Below, piece after piece: positions 51,740 through 64,000 of a stretch of 64,000 bases of DNA (the first letter of the stretch is position 1; every line of letters begins with the position of its first letter). The DNA comes from Octopus sinensis. Lineage: Eukaryota. Where the stretch lies: NCBI RefSeq assembly GCF_006345805.1, contig NC_043020.1, positions 28,396,001 to 28,460,000 of the forward strand, given 5' to 3'. The position numbers and the translations under genes are program-made. The notes below the pieces were generated by a model, which was not told the DNA's origin, did not search any database, and worked only from the letters and a program-made list of their open reading frames with translations.

Positions 51740-52790
51740 CATAATATATATGGCAGTTAGAGCTAAGAAACAGGCCTGGAGGAATGGGACTAGCAGGGAA
51801 CTGTATCAGATTGCCAGAAGGGATGCTATGAGACAAGTATGTCTAGCCAAGGGAGAAGCAGAAAAGAAGAAGTCTTCTTATAAGACTGAAGTGTTTTGGA
51901 TGGCAAGACAATATGTGGAAGAAAACTGTAATGTGATAGGGGAGAAATGTGTCTGCATGGATGATGGTGCACTTGCTTTTAATGATTTTGCAAAGAGGCT
52001 TGGAAATGTCATTAGGAAAGACTGCTGAATGTGGAACATGAATGGGAGGAGGGGAGCCTGCCAAATGTTGACCCAATTGAGGGACTGGCTACCCAAATCA
52101 ATTGTTCCATGGTAGATAAAGCAGTTAAGGATATGAATACACCTCCACTGAGATGCTAAAAATATCTGGTGGTGATGGGTTATGGTCTAGTCACCTGTAT
52201 TATAAATCAGGTGGGTCACGAAGGAGTCATATCCAATGACTGGTGTAGTAAGCAGCACCATAGTCAACTGCTACAAAGGTAAAGGTGATGCTTTAGATAA
52301 AAGTAATTACAGAGGTATCAAATTGCTGGATCAGGTGATGAAAGTTACAGAGAGTCATAGCCCAACTATTTAGGGAGGGAGTTAGCTGAGAGGAGATGCA
52401 ATTTGGCTTTATGCCAGGGAGAAGCACCACTGATGCTATATTTCTGGTAAGGCAGCTGCAGAAGAAATACATAGCAAAAGATAAACCTTTGTACTTGGCT
52501 TTTGTTGACTTGAAGAAAGTCTTTGACAGGGTCCCCCGATCCTTTATCTGGTGGTCAATGTAGAAAGTAGGGACAGACAAGTGGTTGGTGAGAGCTGTAC
52601 AAACTATGTACAGGAATGCTACCAGTAAGCTGAGGGTTGGCAATGAGTACAGGAAAGAATTTGGGGTACAAGAAGGGTTCACCAAGGATCAATGCTCAGC
52701 CCCCTCGTGTTCATCATAGTCCTACAGGCAATAACAAAGGAATTCAAGACAGGCTGCCCCTGGGAGCGCCTCTATGCTGATAAACTGTGG
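51740..52790 (+). mobile_element. RTE-clade LINE fragment (RT N-terminal half)
   Basis: NYRGIKLLDQVMKV..QFGFMPGRSTTDAIFLVRQLQKKYIAKDKPLYLAFVDLKKVFDRVP. Confidence 0.85.
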
Positions 52791-53803
52791 CAATAAAGAG
52801 GTCATAGTTTTGCAATAAATTTTGATGAAGTTAATTCAAAGAGTGGATTTCTTTGCTTCTGTCCAGTTGAATCCCTACTCCTTCAGCTCATCCTCACTTT
52901 TCTGATGTATGTTCCCCAGAAGGAAGGCCTCCTTCTCCCAGGTCTTGTTCATTTTGAATCATCATCGATTCATCTGTAACTTTGCTTTTAAACTCAAAAC
53001 ACAAAGAGCAACGATTTTTGCCAAATACCACAAGGTATATTGTCCGACATTCTGTTTTGGCAGTTCACCTGTAATATAAGCAGCATTGTCGCTTGTCAGA
53101 AACCCTCACCTGCGTTTTATCTCCAGGATGAAGAAAAGGAATATTGAGGAGTCAAGATGAAGTCTGTAAACTGAAAAGTTGGTAGAATGATAAAGGTGAA
53201 AAAGTTGGCCAAAAGGACACATGGATCGTGAACAAATAAGGCCAGAAAACTTGTTTATTTATTTATTTTGTTGATTAAAGACAACCCCTGTTGATTAGCC
53301 TTTGGATACCAACCTATCCAAAACCATCCTGGATCCATCTTCATTTTAAACCCTGACAATTTGAAGTAATTAATTGCAAAGATTAGTGACACGTATACAA
53401 AAATGTCAAAACTTTATCTAATTTTATAATTACTCAAGAGAAAATATTGAGACTAATTAGCCATCTTACATAGGTGTAAGTGTGGCTGTGAGGTAAGGAG
53501 TTTGCCTTCCAATCACATGGTCTTGGGTTCAGTCTCACTGAGTGACATCTTGGACAAGTGTCTTCTACTATAAGACACATGCTGACTAAAGCCTTGTGAG
53601 TGGATTAGGTAGATGGAAACCAAAAGAAGCCCATCGTGTGTATATATATATGTATATGTATGTATGTATGATAGACTCTTCTATTGAAGATGATATATGA
53701 GTGTTCAGCTGAATGACCTGCACAAATTCCAGGCAGTGACCTGAGTAATAATAACATCGAAAAATACCTTAGGAATGAGAACCCAGGTTCAAAATTTCCC
53801 CAA

Positions 53804-53849
53804 AACACCTGATGAAGGCTGGAGGGTATATCAGCCGAAATGCTGTGTT
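53804..53849 (+). ncRNA. Decayed minimal hammerhead motif in a Penelope pLTR relic
   Basis: aacac CTGATGA a ggctg-gagggtatat-cagcc GAAA tgct gtgtt. Stems I and II are intact; the stem III/cleavage triplet is mutated (expected cgtt). Confidence 0.6.
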
Positions 53850-53889
53850 AACAACAAACAAGATGAGGACAAATATTCAATGAAGTTGA

Positions 53890-54370
53890 TCCAAGGCTCA
53901 CAATTAGGACAGCCACACTTCTTGACTACTGTTGTGGGGTTTGTGGAGGATAATTTAGCACTGAATAGTTTTTTGTGGGATTTTAATTGCTTTTGACAAT
54001 TTTGTGTATTTCTAGTGCTCGTTTCATTCTCAGGTCTTGTCTCAGCAGTGGAATGTTGTAAGACTCTGTGCTTTTTAGGTCATGTGTTGCAATAAAGGTT
54101 AGAGTATTAGATGTGTCTGAAGTATTTTTTTGCTTCATATGTTACTTAAATATCTGTTGCTTTGGCCTGTTCTATTCCGTTGTCAACATCGATGGTTATT
54201 TCCTTTCAAGTGATATTTGTTTTAATTCCTGGAGTCTTTTATTATGAGTTTCAACATTTGAAACAATTCTACAGATTCTTCTTGCTAGAGCAAATGGATT
54301 ATTAGTCTCCATGTGTTTGGGATGGCAATGATGAGAACAGCAGGTATTATTTAGAATCTATTAGTTTGTA
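53890..54370 (-). mobile_element. Second Penelope-like element relic (RT thumb region)
   Basis: Minus strand YLLFSS/CHPKHMETNNPFALARRICRIVSNVETHNK..LQELK..DNGIEQAK, with frameshifts. Confidence 0.7.
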
Positions 54371-55242
54371 ATATGTTTCAATAATTGTTGGAGATTGTCA
54401 CTAGACATATTCACTCAACCGTGACAGCCTTAATTTTCAGTGCAAAAAATGTCAAGATATTAACACAAAGACATGGAGGGGGAAAAAACATTTCAAGATC
54501 TAAACACCTGATTATCCTATGCCACACTTGACAGACTAAATTCAGACAGCCTTGATTGTCAGTAGACATGTTCACTCAACCATGACAGCTTTGTCATATA
54601 GCAAGAGGGGTGGGGAACCTACAAAAATTTCTCAACAGCCAATCAGGTCATATCCAAAACAGATACTAAGCCATGTTGTCTCCATAAAAACAAGAGAAAT
54701 TTTGAACTCCAACCAGAAGGAAGACAGTTGCAGCAGAGCTCCAGATCTTCCTATTCTCAACTTCTGAAAACCAGAGAAGCCTGTGAAACCAGGCAAGTCT
54801 AAAATTTTTTAAATGCAAAAAAAATCTAAACAAATCCCAGTGCATTTTCAACTTATTTCTACCCGTGTGGAATAAATTAACCTTGTTTTATAATATGGCA
54901 ATGGGTTTGGCATTATGTCATACTTGAGAAGACCCATCAAGCTAAACAAAACCACAATAGTGGCCAGATACTAGTGTCATGAAAAAGCACCCACCACACT
55001 CTTGGGTCGAAACTTGAAGCCAATGGGAAGTAAACATCATGGCTGTGCATGTATATTTATATAGAATCCTATCACAAAATACTTGGTATTTCTTCCCTAT
55101 TGGATTCAATCCGATGATGTTCGCGTTTAGACAGGTATGAATTATGTCCCTTGGATCTTTACAAGAACTGCTGACAAAAAGTTACTTTAACTTTAACCCT
55201 GGACTTCGACCATGATGGAGCACCGCCTTGAAGGGTTTAGAC

Positions 55243-55410
55243 CAGAGTTTCTCAACCAATTTTTGTCTGTGGACCCCTTTGATTCTTATTTTATTTATAG
55301 CCATTTGATGTTTGAAAAAGTATCTTTTGTATAACCGATTTATTGCAGATATCTTGTAACATCTTATGTGGACTCCTAAGGGTCACATGGACCTTAGTTG
55401 AGAATCACTG
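55243..55410. mobile_element. hAT (Charlie-like) MITE
   Basis: TIRs cagagtttctcaac / gttgagaatcactg and a perfect 8-bp TSD gtttagac (55235-42, 55411-18). Confidence 0.88.
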
Positions 55411-57767
55411 GTTTAGACAAACAAATTATCTTTAGTACTTAAGCTATGCTGTGGAAAGGACTAAGCCCCAAACCATGTGATTGCTAAGCAAGCTGTATCA
55501 CTAGAATAAAACGAAAAACCTTATTCAGACCAAAATTTACAACTTCAATTATTTATTCTAGAAATGAGTGCCAAATACCCTATCCCATCTACATTTCTTT
55601 TGCAAGAAGGAATTGGCACATTCACTTTTGTGCTCGTCTATCAACATTGGAGTTGAGATGTTTTAGCACCACAAACCTATTTGACATCTGATTTGATATT
55701 TCTTTGTGCGTATGAGGGGACGTGTTTACATCAATCATATTCGAATGATAAATTGTAAGGTACATCTGTTTCTGTGCATAAGCATGTATTTGTCTCCCCA
55801 CCTTCTCTCTCTGGGAACATGCTTGTATCTGCCTTCAGCACTAAAATGGGTTAAAATATCCCAACAGCATCCAAAACAACTGAGTCCAATTATCTCACTG
55901 GCATTAAAGCATGTCTACGTGGAGAACTTGTCAACCAAAGAGACTGCTTGCATTTCCCCCATTATTAAACACCTCTCCTCCAGCTCTTTAGCATCCAGAT
56001 TATGTCAAACGAAATGCATTATCCTGAAGCTTCAAGACTGACATTAGCTTTCTGCCAAGCATAAATCATAAAAAGATGCTACTACTCATCCGGTTGTCCC
56101 TTTCATTAACCTCTGACAATACTCTTCCTGTCTCCATCTCCAACATTTCTTCCACCATACGTTTAATCTATCAGCCACAGAAGGGAGACCCTCTTTTGCC
56201 TGGTGCTGGTCCAGAAAAAGAGGCACCCAGTACATTAAATCAGTGTATGCAGGACTTGAGAAAAATTCTTTAGTTTTGCCAAAGACCTCAGTGCTGATGC
56301 CACAACAGGGGAAAAAAAGGAGGGGGGCAAGAATAGTTGTTAGTACAGTTGCGGAAACCATAGCAACACTGAGAAACTGGTTTAAGATAACACTCTCCAA
56401 ACTGTCCCATCTATGCCAGTAAGGAAAACAAATGTAAAAATATTACAAACAGTACTAACTGTTGTCTGTCAGATTACCAAACTTTCATACCACTGTATTG
56501 ACCGAAATTGAGAAATGGCAGCATTTCTCATATTCCCACACGGGTCTGAGCTGATGGCATGGAAGGTTCATTTCTTATTTTGATATCACAAGCACAATGA
56601 CAGTCCTATCAAATTCTCAATTTAAATAATAAATACATTAAAGCGTTACTTTGGTAACTACTCAATGTATCCATGAATAAACAAATTGTAGTATATGCAT
56701 AGATGTACCTGTGTGTGTGTGTGTTTGTGAGACATGTCACCATGCCATCAAGGGACAACACCCTGAACCTGACTGTACCATCTCATCTTGTTGCGTAGCT
56801 CTGACACCAATTAGAATTAGAAAAAAGTAAAAAAAACTTAAGCCCTTTTGATTTCTGGCAATACTTGGGTTGACTCGTCACTGAACCCTCTTTATATAAT
56901 CTTTCAGTCATTGATCTGCAGCCATGCCGGGTCATTGCTTTGAATAATGTCCCATATTAAGCAACCATTTCATATATCTATTTTTAAATGGATCTAAGCA
57001 GAAACCAATAAGGAAAAATATTCCCGAAATTGGCCTTTCATCTCTGGAGATTGGGTGCGAGCGGATTCGTTTGCCAGTCCACAGTAAGATTTTACCAACA
57101 AGCATGTTTTACATAAGCCTTGACATTCACCCCTGCCTGTATTTAACAAAGCCAAATAATTACAGAGGCAAATTAAGATCCAGCTTTCCATTCCATAATA
57201 TCTACTTGATAACAGTTTTATGATACCATCTTGTCTGAGACCACATCTACTTAAGTAAAAAAATATATATTAAATATTAAAAACCAACCATAAACTTATG
57301 TAAACACTCATTTTCTAAAGATAATTGAATGGCAAAACCATTTTGGCTTCAGAGATGTATACGTTAAGCAAGTGATTTGATCTGAGACCATAAGCCAGAA
57401 GTAAAACAATTACAGAACAGAAAGCATATTGTTAAATGACTAAAAAGAACTGTATTGGAACTGTGTCAGTGACCAGGTTGCAATTGGTGTGATGAAATTT
57501 TGGAAACCAAATAATGGAACATTTAAGCGAAGATAACAGACCATGCTTTTCAATGCCCAACACGTGTCTCCCAAGCTGTGCTTGGTTTCATTATTTTAAT
57601 AAATCCTCCAAAGTTGTCGGTTATTTATAAAAGTAAGTGAAACACATCATGTAATGTAATTTTAACAGAAGTGTGGTAATGAAAAACATTCAAAGTGTGA
57701 AAATATAACCTGATGAATAGATGAAACTCTGATACAAGCAAACCAAGTGTCAACAGAATAAAGACCA

Positions 57768-57773
57768 TTTATT
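57768..57773 (-). terminator. Probable RPL15 polyadenylation signal AATAAA
   Basis: tttatt on the plus strand about 100 bp after the stop codon. Confidence 0.55.
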
Positions 57774-57874
57774 CCTTCCTCTTCTCACTTAGAACCAAAC
57801 AGAAGCAGATTGCAGAAAGAAAAAACACAACAAACTGACCCCGTTTGTAAAATATATTTGAAAGTACATTAGGT

Positions 57875-58180
57875 TTATCGCTTTCTTCGCAGAGAAAGGA
57901 TTTGCCTTCGTTTCCAGGAAGCGTGACGGGAGCCACCAATGGTCTTGTGGAATCCATGACCTTTTCCGAGACCTCTGGAAGAGCGACCAGCAGCTGTCAA
58001 ACCTCTCATCTCTCTGTGCTTGTGCACAGCCTTGCAAATCCAATTTATCTTGGGATCACGGCGAATAGCTTTGTGAAATGGGTCGACTAGGATCACTTCA
58101 AAGAATTTGAATGTTGAATCTTCAGCAACCCAGTAGGAGTTAAGCACTCGCAGAGATTTACAACGGCGACCAACCTTGTC
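57875..58180 (-). CDS. RPL15: 60S ribosomal protein L15, last coding exon
   Basis: tttcAG|GAC; [46 protein letters not shown]. Confidence 0.98.
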   Translation of the reverse strand, partial: DKVGRRCKSLRVLNSYWVAEDSTFKFFEVILVDPFHKAIRRDPKINWICKAVHKHREMRGLTAAGRSSRGLGKGHGFHKTIGGSRHASWKRRQILSLRRKR

Positions 58181-60573
58181 CTGAAACACAAAAAAAGAAC
58201 AAACATTTAAGGACCAAAACTCTAAGATATTCCAGTTCAACATTGGTAGTTACTACAACACACAATACCTTTCGGCCAAAACAAGTACAACAGACTAGCC
58301 ACAACACTGCGATTGCATCATACATTCAACATTTTCTTCGGAAACATGTTGACAGCAAGACTACAACGACCAACACACACTGTACATACAGATGCAGATG
58401 AGCTAAGCAGCATCCCATCAGTCTACATTCTGAGTTCAGTTTTGCATTTCAGGAACAATATAATAAGCACCAAACACTGGGCTCAATGCAGTCCACCAGC
58501 CCCACCTTCACCAAATTTCAGGCCTTGTGCCTATAGTAAAAAGGATTACACATTTGGAGACGAGTCACCACAGTTAACAACTTGACTGTCTTACAGTAAT
58601 CCCAAAAGTGCAAACTTGACACCCCCACCTCTCGTATGTCAGTGGATTTCCCTATCAAACCAAGGAAATTGTTTCTCTTCATCTTTCTATTGCAGATACT
58701 ACGACTAGCAGCGATAGATGATACCAATCTCCAGTCTTGGAATGGTAGTTCATCTATCCGGCTGTAAGTATGAAAGGCTAAGTTGACCTTAGAGGACACC
58801 TAACTACTGAATCTGATAGATACTGCATATATCTATTTAGTAAAGATGTTTAAGAATCTTGAATATTTGTTTATGATAAAAACCCAAATGCTCCAACAAT
58901 TTTCCAATTTACCACTTTTAATCCTTTCATTACCATATTTCAGTAGAAATACATTACATTTGTGGCATTTTGATGAAAAGGTTTCAATTTAGATTTCTTT
59001 AAAAAAAGAAATTTGTATCATAGGATTAACCCTTTACTGTTCAGATTTCTCTGCCAAATGTAACGCTTATTTATTCACACTGGCTTGAATTAGTCATGCC
59101 ATACCTATTTTGAGATTTCAATGATGTGATTGCTTATTTTTAGAGTAATATTGTAGGGTTAGTTTGAAAGGCTGGATCTGGCCAGTTTGAAGACAAAAAA
59201 TTACTTTGGTCAGATATAGCTGGCTTAAATCAAAAAGGTTAAACAGATTTCCAAAATTCTAAAAGCAAACTACTTTTGGGAATATGCAGAATCTTGCAGA
59301 TTCAGTTGTCAAAGATTATTACAGATGTTATCAGCTTTCTACAAAACCAGCCAACTCTTAAAGCCCCACAATGCAGATATGGCAACAATTCAAATGTTTC
59401 AGTTTCAAAAACTGGAACTAAGCACTCAAGTTTAGCCACAAGTTAGGAAGAACTTCCTGTCAGAACACATTTCATTTGCACCACAGGTGTCCGGTTCTTT
59501 TTCGTTTTTCCCTGTTTTATCGAGAATTTCTATTTTTGACATTAAAGGCAGTTAATACCTCAAGCTGAGAAATAGAAGTCAGTGATATTTATGAAGGATT
59601 TAATAAGATTTGTGTCCAGGAATCGATGTCTTGTAAATTATATATTTAAAACTCCATGCAATTAACTATATCTAATTGAGTTGAAACGATGTGACAAAAA
59701 GGTACAAACTACCTGCAATAATGTACTCCAGTGACTTTTAGATCATAAAAGCACATTTCACCCAAATTCAAACAGTAATTGGTTTTATTATAATCCTTCT
59801 GAACCAACTAATTATCAAAATCTCTAGTTGATTGACAGACTTCTGAGAAAGTTAGTGTGAGAATGTCGACAGTAAAAGAGTGAAAATAGCAAACCATTGG
59901 CCATTCTGTGAATGCAGCACAAGAATGTAGAAAATAAGATCCTCTAAATCTTCTACACGGAAAGATCTAAGCCGAGAAATTCAAAGAGGGTTTAATGGTA
60001 TGTTAATAAAGAATTGTCAACAGTAATAGCAATTTGTAATTCCACTCACCCCACTATTTCTGCAAGGGTCATGGGGACAGAGCCCTCACACACCTCCTCC
60101 ATAGAATCCTATCAAAAGCAACTCACATCACCCTTTTCCTGTTGGATTCCCAAGCATGACCAACTGAGATTATGGAAATTCTTCAACCATCCCGTTTTTG
60201 GTCTTCCCAGTTTAGCTCAGCTCAAAGAATTTACTTAGCAATTCTTTTCTTTGACGTTCTAATCCAGTCTGTAAAACCCCAACTGTTTTCTAAAAACAAC
60301 ACATTGCATACCATAGTCCCATATTCTAAAAAAGGACATGGTCTGCCCGATCAAGACAGCACAGGAGTCAATAGTTTTAAGCTCTTGAATAATGTGGCAC
60401 TTCATGATAGTGTGGGTGGTAAAGAGAGGACTCACCGGGATTTATACAGTATTTTGATTGTTTTAACAATTCAGACATGAAAACAAAGTGAAAAAGCACA
60501 AGTTACACTGCAACTGAAATAGGTTTGGGATGGTGGTAGGACAGGTATGTGATTAGTAGAAAATATTACCTAC

Positions 60574-60710
60574 CTCAGCAACAGCTCTCAGACACCTGGC
60601 AAACTTCAGTTGATTGACACCATGAGTCTTGGGTTTACCATAAGTGGCACCTTTTGGTACGGGTCGTTTACGTCCACCACGGCGAATACGGATCCTATAG
60701 ATGACGTAGC
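60574..60710 (-). CDS. RPL15: 60S ribosomal protein L15, middle coding exon (137 nt; not in ORF track)
   Basis: ttcAG|[54 protein letters not shown]|GTAGGT. Phases match both neighbours; total 204 aa. Confidence 0.97.
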
Positions 60711-61069
60711 CTGAAATATGAAACAATTAAGATGAAAAGTGCAATCATTGGGTAGGCAGTGTTAAGTGGGGGTGTTTTTTGTTAATTCTCTACATGCAGC
60801 AATAACAAAAATTTCTAAACAGTTAAAAGTTTAATTTCACATCTTGTATGAAAAAAAAAAAAGTTGAAATATTTCAGATGTTTTTATCATTAGTTATGTT
60901 TCAATTTGAAATGCAGTTTAATAAATAACAAAGAACTTATTCTGATGGCATAGCTGTGTAACCAAGTTTACATGCCAAACCATACAGCCAAGCCAAAATC
61001 TTGAGTGGATTTGATAGATAGATAGTTAATTTTTTGGCCCAAAAAGCAAGGCCATGTAGGGGGACATGG

Positions 61070-61380
61070 AGTTATATACAGGGTGGTGTTCATGTAAAGA
61101 GTTCAGGCCACTTGTGGTCAAGGGAGACTTTGAACCAAGCGGTCGTCAGCATCTTCACTATCTCGTCCGGCAGCTTATTCCACGGATCCGCAATCTGGAC
61201 GGAGAAAGTCCTTCTCCTTCAATTGAGATGAAATCGTCGCAAATAGAGCTTTTCGGAATGACCCCGCAGCCGACGCTCTGGAGCAGGAGTGAAGAACAGG
61301 TCTTTCGAGAGTTTACACTTTCCGCTTATGATGTTGTAAGCAAGAATGAGATCACCAAGGCGTCGTCGTTTTTCTAGAGA
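61070..61380 (-). mobile_element. CR1-type LINE 3' fragment in RPL15 intron
   Basis: SLEKRRRLGDLILAYNII..RLRGHSEKLYLRRFHLN. Confidence 0.85.
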
Positions 61381-62096
61381 GGTTACACTTTCTGCATGAA
61401 AGAATCTCATCATGTGTGTGTGTTCATATTCTATATCTTCATGAATGGTTACTGATCACAAGCAATGCTTTTGCTAATGTCATCCTCTGCTTGCAGTTGG
61501 GGTGAAGTTGTTTGATAAGAGGACTGAAGATTTCATGGGAAGGCAGGAGTTGGAGGAATTGGTGGAATGGTTGGCAAGGGCGAATGAAGAGAGGTGGTAT
61601 GGGCATGTGTTGAGGAGGGTGAATGTGTTTGAGGTACATGGAGCATGAAAGCAAGGTAGACAGAGGAAAAGGTGGAGGGGACGTGTGAAGGCGGAAATTG
61701 GGAGGGTTGGTTTGAAAAAGGACGACCCCCAAAACTGAGCAAGATGGCGAGACGGTGTGAGGGCTGTTGCTATGGCATTTGGGTAGATCCGAGCACCCCC
61801 GTTAACAGGGATAAAACCCAGATTTAAAATACTTGATGATGATGCTCTGCTTGCAGTCCACCACAAGAGCATGTTCAGACTTTTTGTTGTTTGATGGATT
61901 GGATGATTGTTACCGTCTTTGGAAACAGATGGAGTGCTGACATCAGGAAAGCCATTTGGCCACAGGAAACCCTGCCTCCACATACTCTCAGCCGATTCAT
62001 GCAAGCATGGAAAAGCAGACGCTGAAATAAAGATATGGTGACGAAATTTTGCCAGTAAATCAAGATGCAAATGAGTTAATGTAGTATTGCAAATAC

Positions 62097-62268
62097 CTTG
62101 TTTGGACTTGTAGCCAAGACGTCTGGCCTTTTCTGGTCTGGATGGTCTTGGTGCTCGGTGAAGCACGTTCAACTGGCGATACTGCCAGCAGCGGACACGG
62201 AGCAAGAATCTCATGACATCGCTTTGCTTCTTGCGATAGATCATCTGTATATATTTGTAGGCACCCAT
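62097..62268 (-). CDS. RPL15: 60S ribosomal protein L15, first coding exon
   Basis: [41 protein letters not shown]|GT. Acceptor ttcattccAG 9 nt upstream of the ATG implies a non-coding exon 1. Confidence 0.98.
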
Positions 62269-63159
62269 TTTGACTGGCTGGAATGAAAAAGAAATATTTT
62301 AATACAACTGGTTAAGAGGAAAATTGAATAAAGACCCCTCCCCCACACTTATAAACTTAGTGGAGTGCCGCTCTTAACCAATAATGAGCCAAAAAAACAC
62401 ACTAAGCATTTCACATAAAAAAAGTATCCTTTTCTATTCCAAGGGTTTTGAACCTGCTCGAAATAACAGCCACAATACCCTCAAACTATATTCTAACCTA
62501 TTTTTAAAATGTGTACTTACAAATGTACTGAGCCTAAGATTAAATGGTCATGGCTGGAGAGTCTTTGATCATAGGTTTCCTTGATTAGGACAATAATACT
62601 AGACATGCAATATAACAACCTATTTCACAACATGGATCAGCAACAGATGGGCCACTAAAGTAGTCTCCATGGGCCTCACACCTTCCCTAAAAATGTTTCA
62701 AAGTTTGATCCGAATACTTTGAGAAACATTCATGAGGAACGGCTTGGGAAACTGGCTTAGCGTTTGCCTACAGATGATCAGGGGAGACATATTAAGACAT
62801 GCTAAAATTCGGGAAGGAAATCCATTGGATAAAATGTTTAGGAAAACCTATGAACAAGAAACATGCGATATTGAATGTTTATAAGATGTTCGGTTTTGTG
62901 AGATAATGCAAATACGTGGAACGAGCTGGTGGAGTGAAAATTTAGTGTGACAGGGTTGTTAAATATCTTGGACCCTGTATGGAAGAATAGCGATTCAAGA
63001 TAAAATTCACATCCGCCGTGACCACCACGTAAGACCAAAGAAGGACTGATGCCCCAAGTCAAAGACAAGCTGAAATCATGGTTAATTAATATGAAGATCC
63101 GCACCCGGTGGGAAAAATGGAAACGAAAACGTGTAACAGTTGTAATGCACTGTATATAT

Positions 63160-63292
63160 TTCTTTACTACCCACAAGGGGCTAAACATAGAGGGGACAAA
63201 CGGATTAAAGTCGATTACATCGTCCCCAGTGCGTAACTGGTACTTTGTCGACCTCGGCGGAATTTGAACTCAGAACGTAACGGCAGACGAAT
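63160..63292 (-). mobile_element. Internally deleted family-1 SINE
   Basis: tttctttactacccacaaggggctaaac..gtcgacctcggcggaatttgaactcagaacg. Confidence 0.8.
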
Positions 63293-63590
63293 GCACCCGT
63301 ATATTAAAGGAATACGAGATTATTAGATGCTCCTCTCTCCCACTAATAAGAACATATACATTATTTTCAGCTTGGTTTTTCTTTTGCATTTCTTAATCAT
63401 ATTAAGAACCACAAATATACGACTGAGAAATTCCCTTATCGACCATGAAAGTCTCAATTATGACTGAAGATATCGTGTAATTAATAGAAGCAGCACATGG
63501 AGGGATGGAGGCTACACACATCAGGTTTTAGTCCCAACCGGGCGGAGAGAAATATGAAACGACGGCTGAAATACTGAAGGAAATAGACGG

Positions 63591-63600
63591 GGAAAAAGGA
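63591..63600 (-). promoter_or_regulatory. Candidate TCT/5'-TOP start site for RPL15
   Basis: Minus strand TCCTTTTTCC fits the YYCTTTYY ribosomal-protein initiator, with a GC box and CpG patch nearby. No strong donor was identified, so it is unconfirmed. Confidence 0.3.
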
Positions 63601-64000
63601 TCTACAACGGCAAAAACATCGTTGAGAATTATACATATAAGCGGTCATGTGGTAATTTTTTTTTTAAAGCTAAATCTATAAAAAGACTCGTGGTGGTCAT
63701 GTCTGATGGTGATGATGCATGCACGGCATTCAGCGTGGAAAGATAAATAAATAGAACGCAAATATTTGAAACATAATTCAATAGACATCACGTAAATTTA
63801 CCTGGCTATTGATTAAAATATAAATTAAGCTGGATGGTTTGCTAAAAACATACAGATTACAGTGAATTAGAACAAGGTTGGAAATTGCACATACTTAGCT
63901 TAATGGAGACACTACCGGAAAGAGAGAAATTTCTTCACGAGAAAGGATTATGGGTAACAGGAAGTTTGACTATTATGATTATGCTTACATACGGTGTAAG

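Noticed and set aside
57705-57735. CTGATGA-atagat-GAAAC
   Set aside because: No credible stem I or II.
61480-62096. C-terminal 200 aa of the 262-aa ORF that starts with RPL15
   Set aside because: Intron read-through past the donor at 62096 into SINE/LINE sequence.

Overview
AT-rich, microsatellite- and SINE-dense animal DNA. The repeat families are most consistent with an Octopus genome (inference). Two host genes are supported, both on the minus strand. One is a 3-coding-exon RPL15 (204 aa, 57875-62268). The other is a two-exon, 702-aa gene (27446-45442, 15.9-kb intron), visible only after splicing, encoding a DUF3987/YfjI-like AAA+ domain, a poly-Q/A tract and a C-terminal globular domain. 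The most structured accessory region is 7.4-17.4 kb. It holds a 5'-truncated Penelope-like retroelement (RT plus C-terminal GIY-YIG) whose pseudo-LTR carries a type I hammerhead ribozyme in three copies (one inverted, two direct). The element is arranged with a 2.8-kb direct duplication that includes 2.45 kb of the element's own downstream flank. A fourth, unrelated hammerhead lies next to it, and a fifth, decayed one sits beside a second Penelope relic at 53.8 kb. The rest is tRNA-derived SINEs, RTE and CR1 LINE fragments, mariner fragments, MITEs, several long fold-back palindromes and (TA)n arrays. All alignments, folds and family assignments were done by eye or from recalled motifs; no searches were run. 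Boundaries of decayed repeats are approximate.
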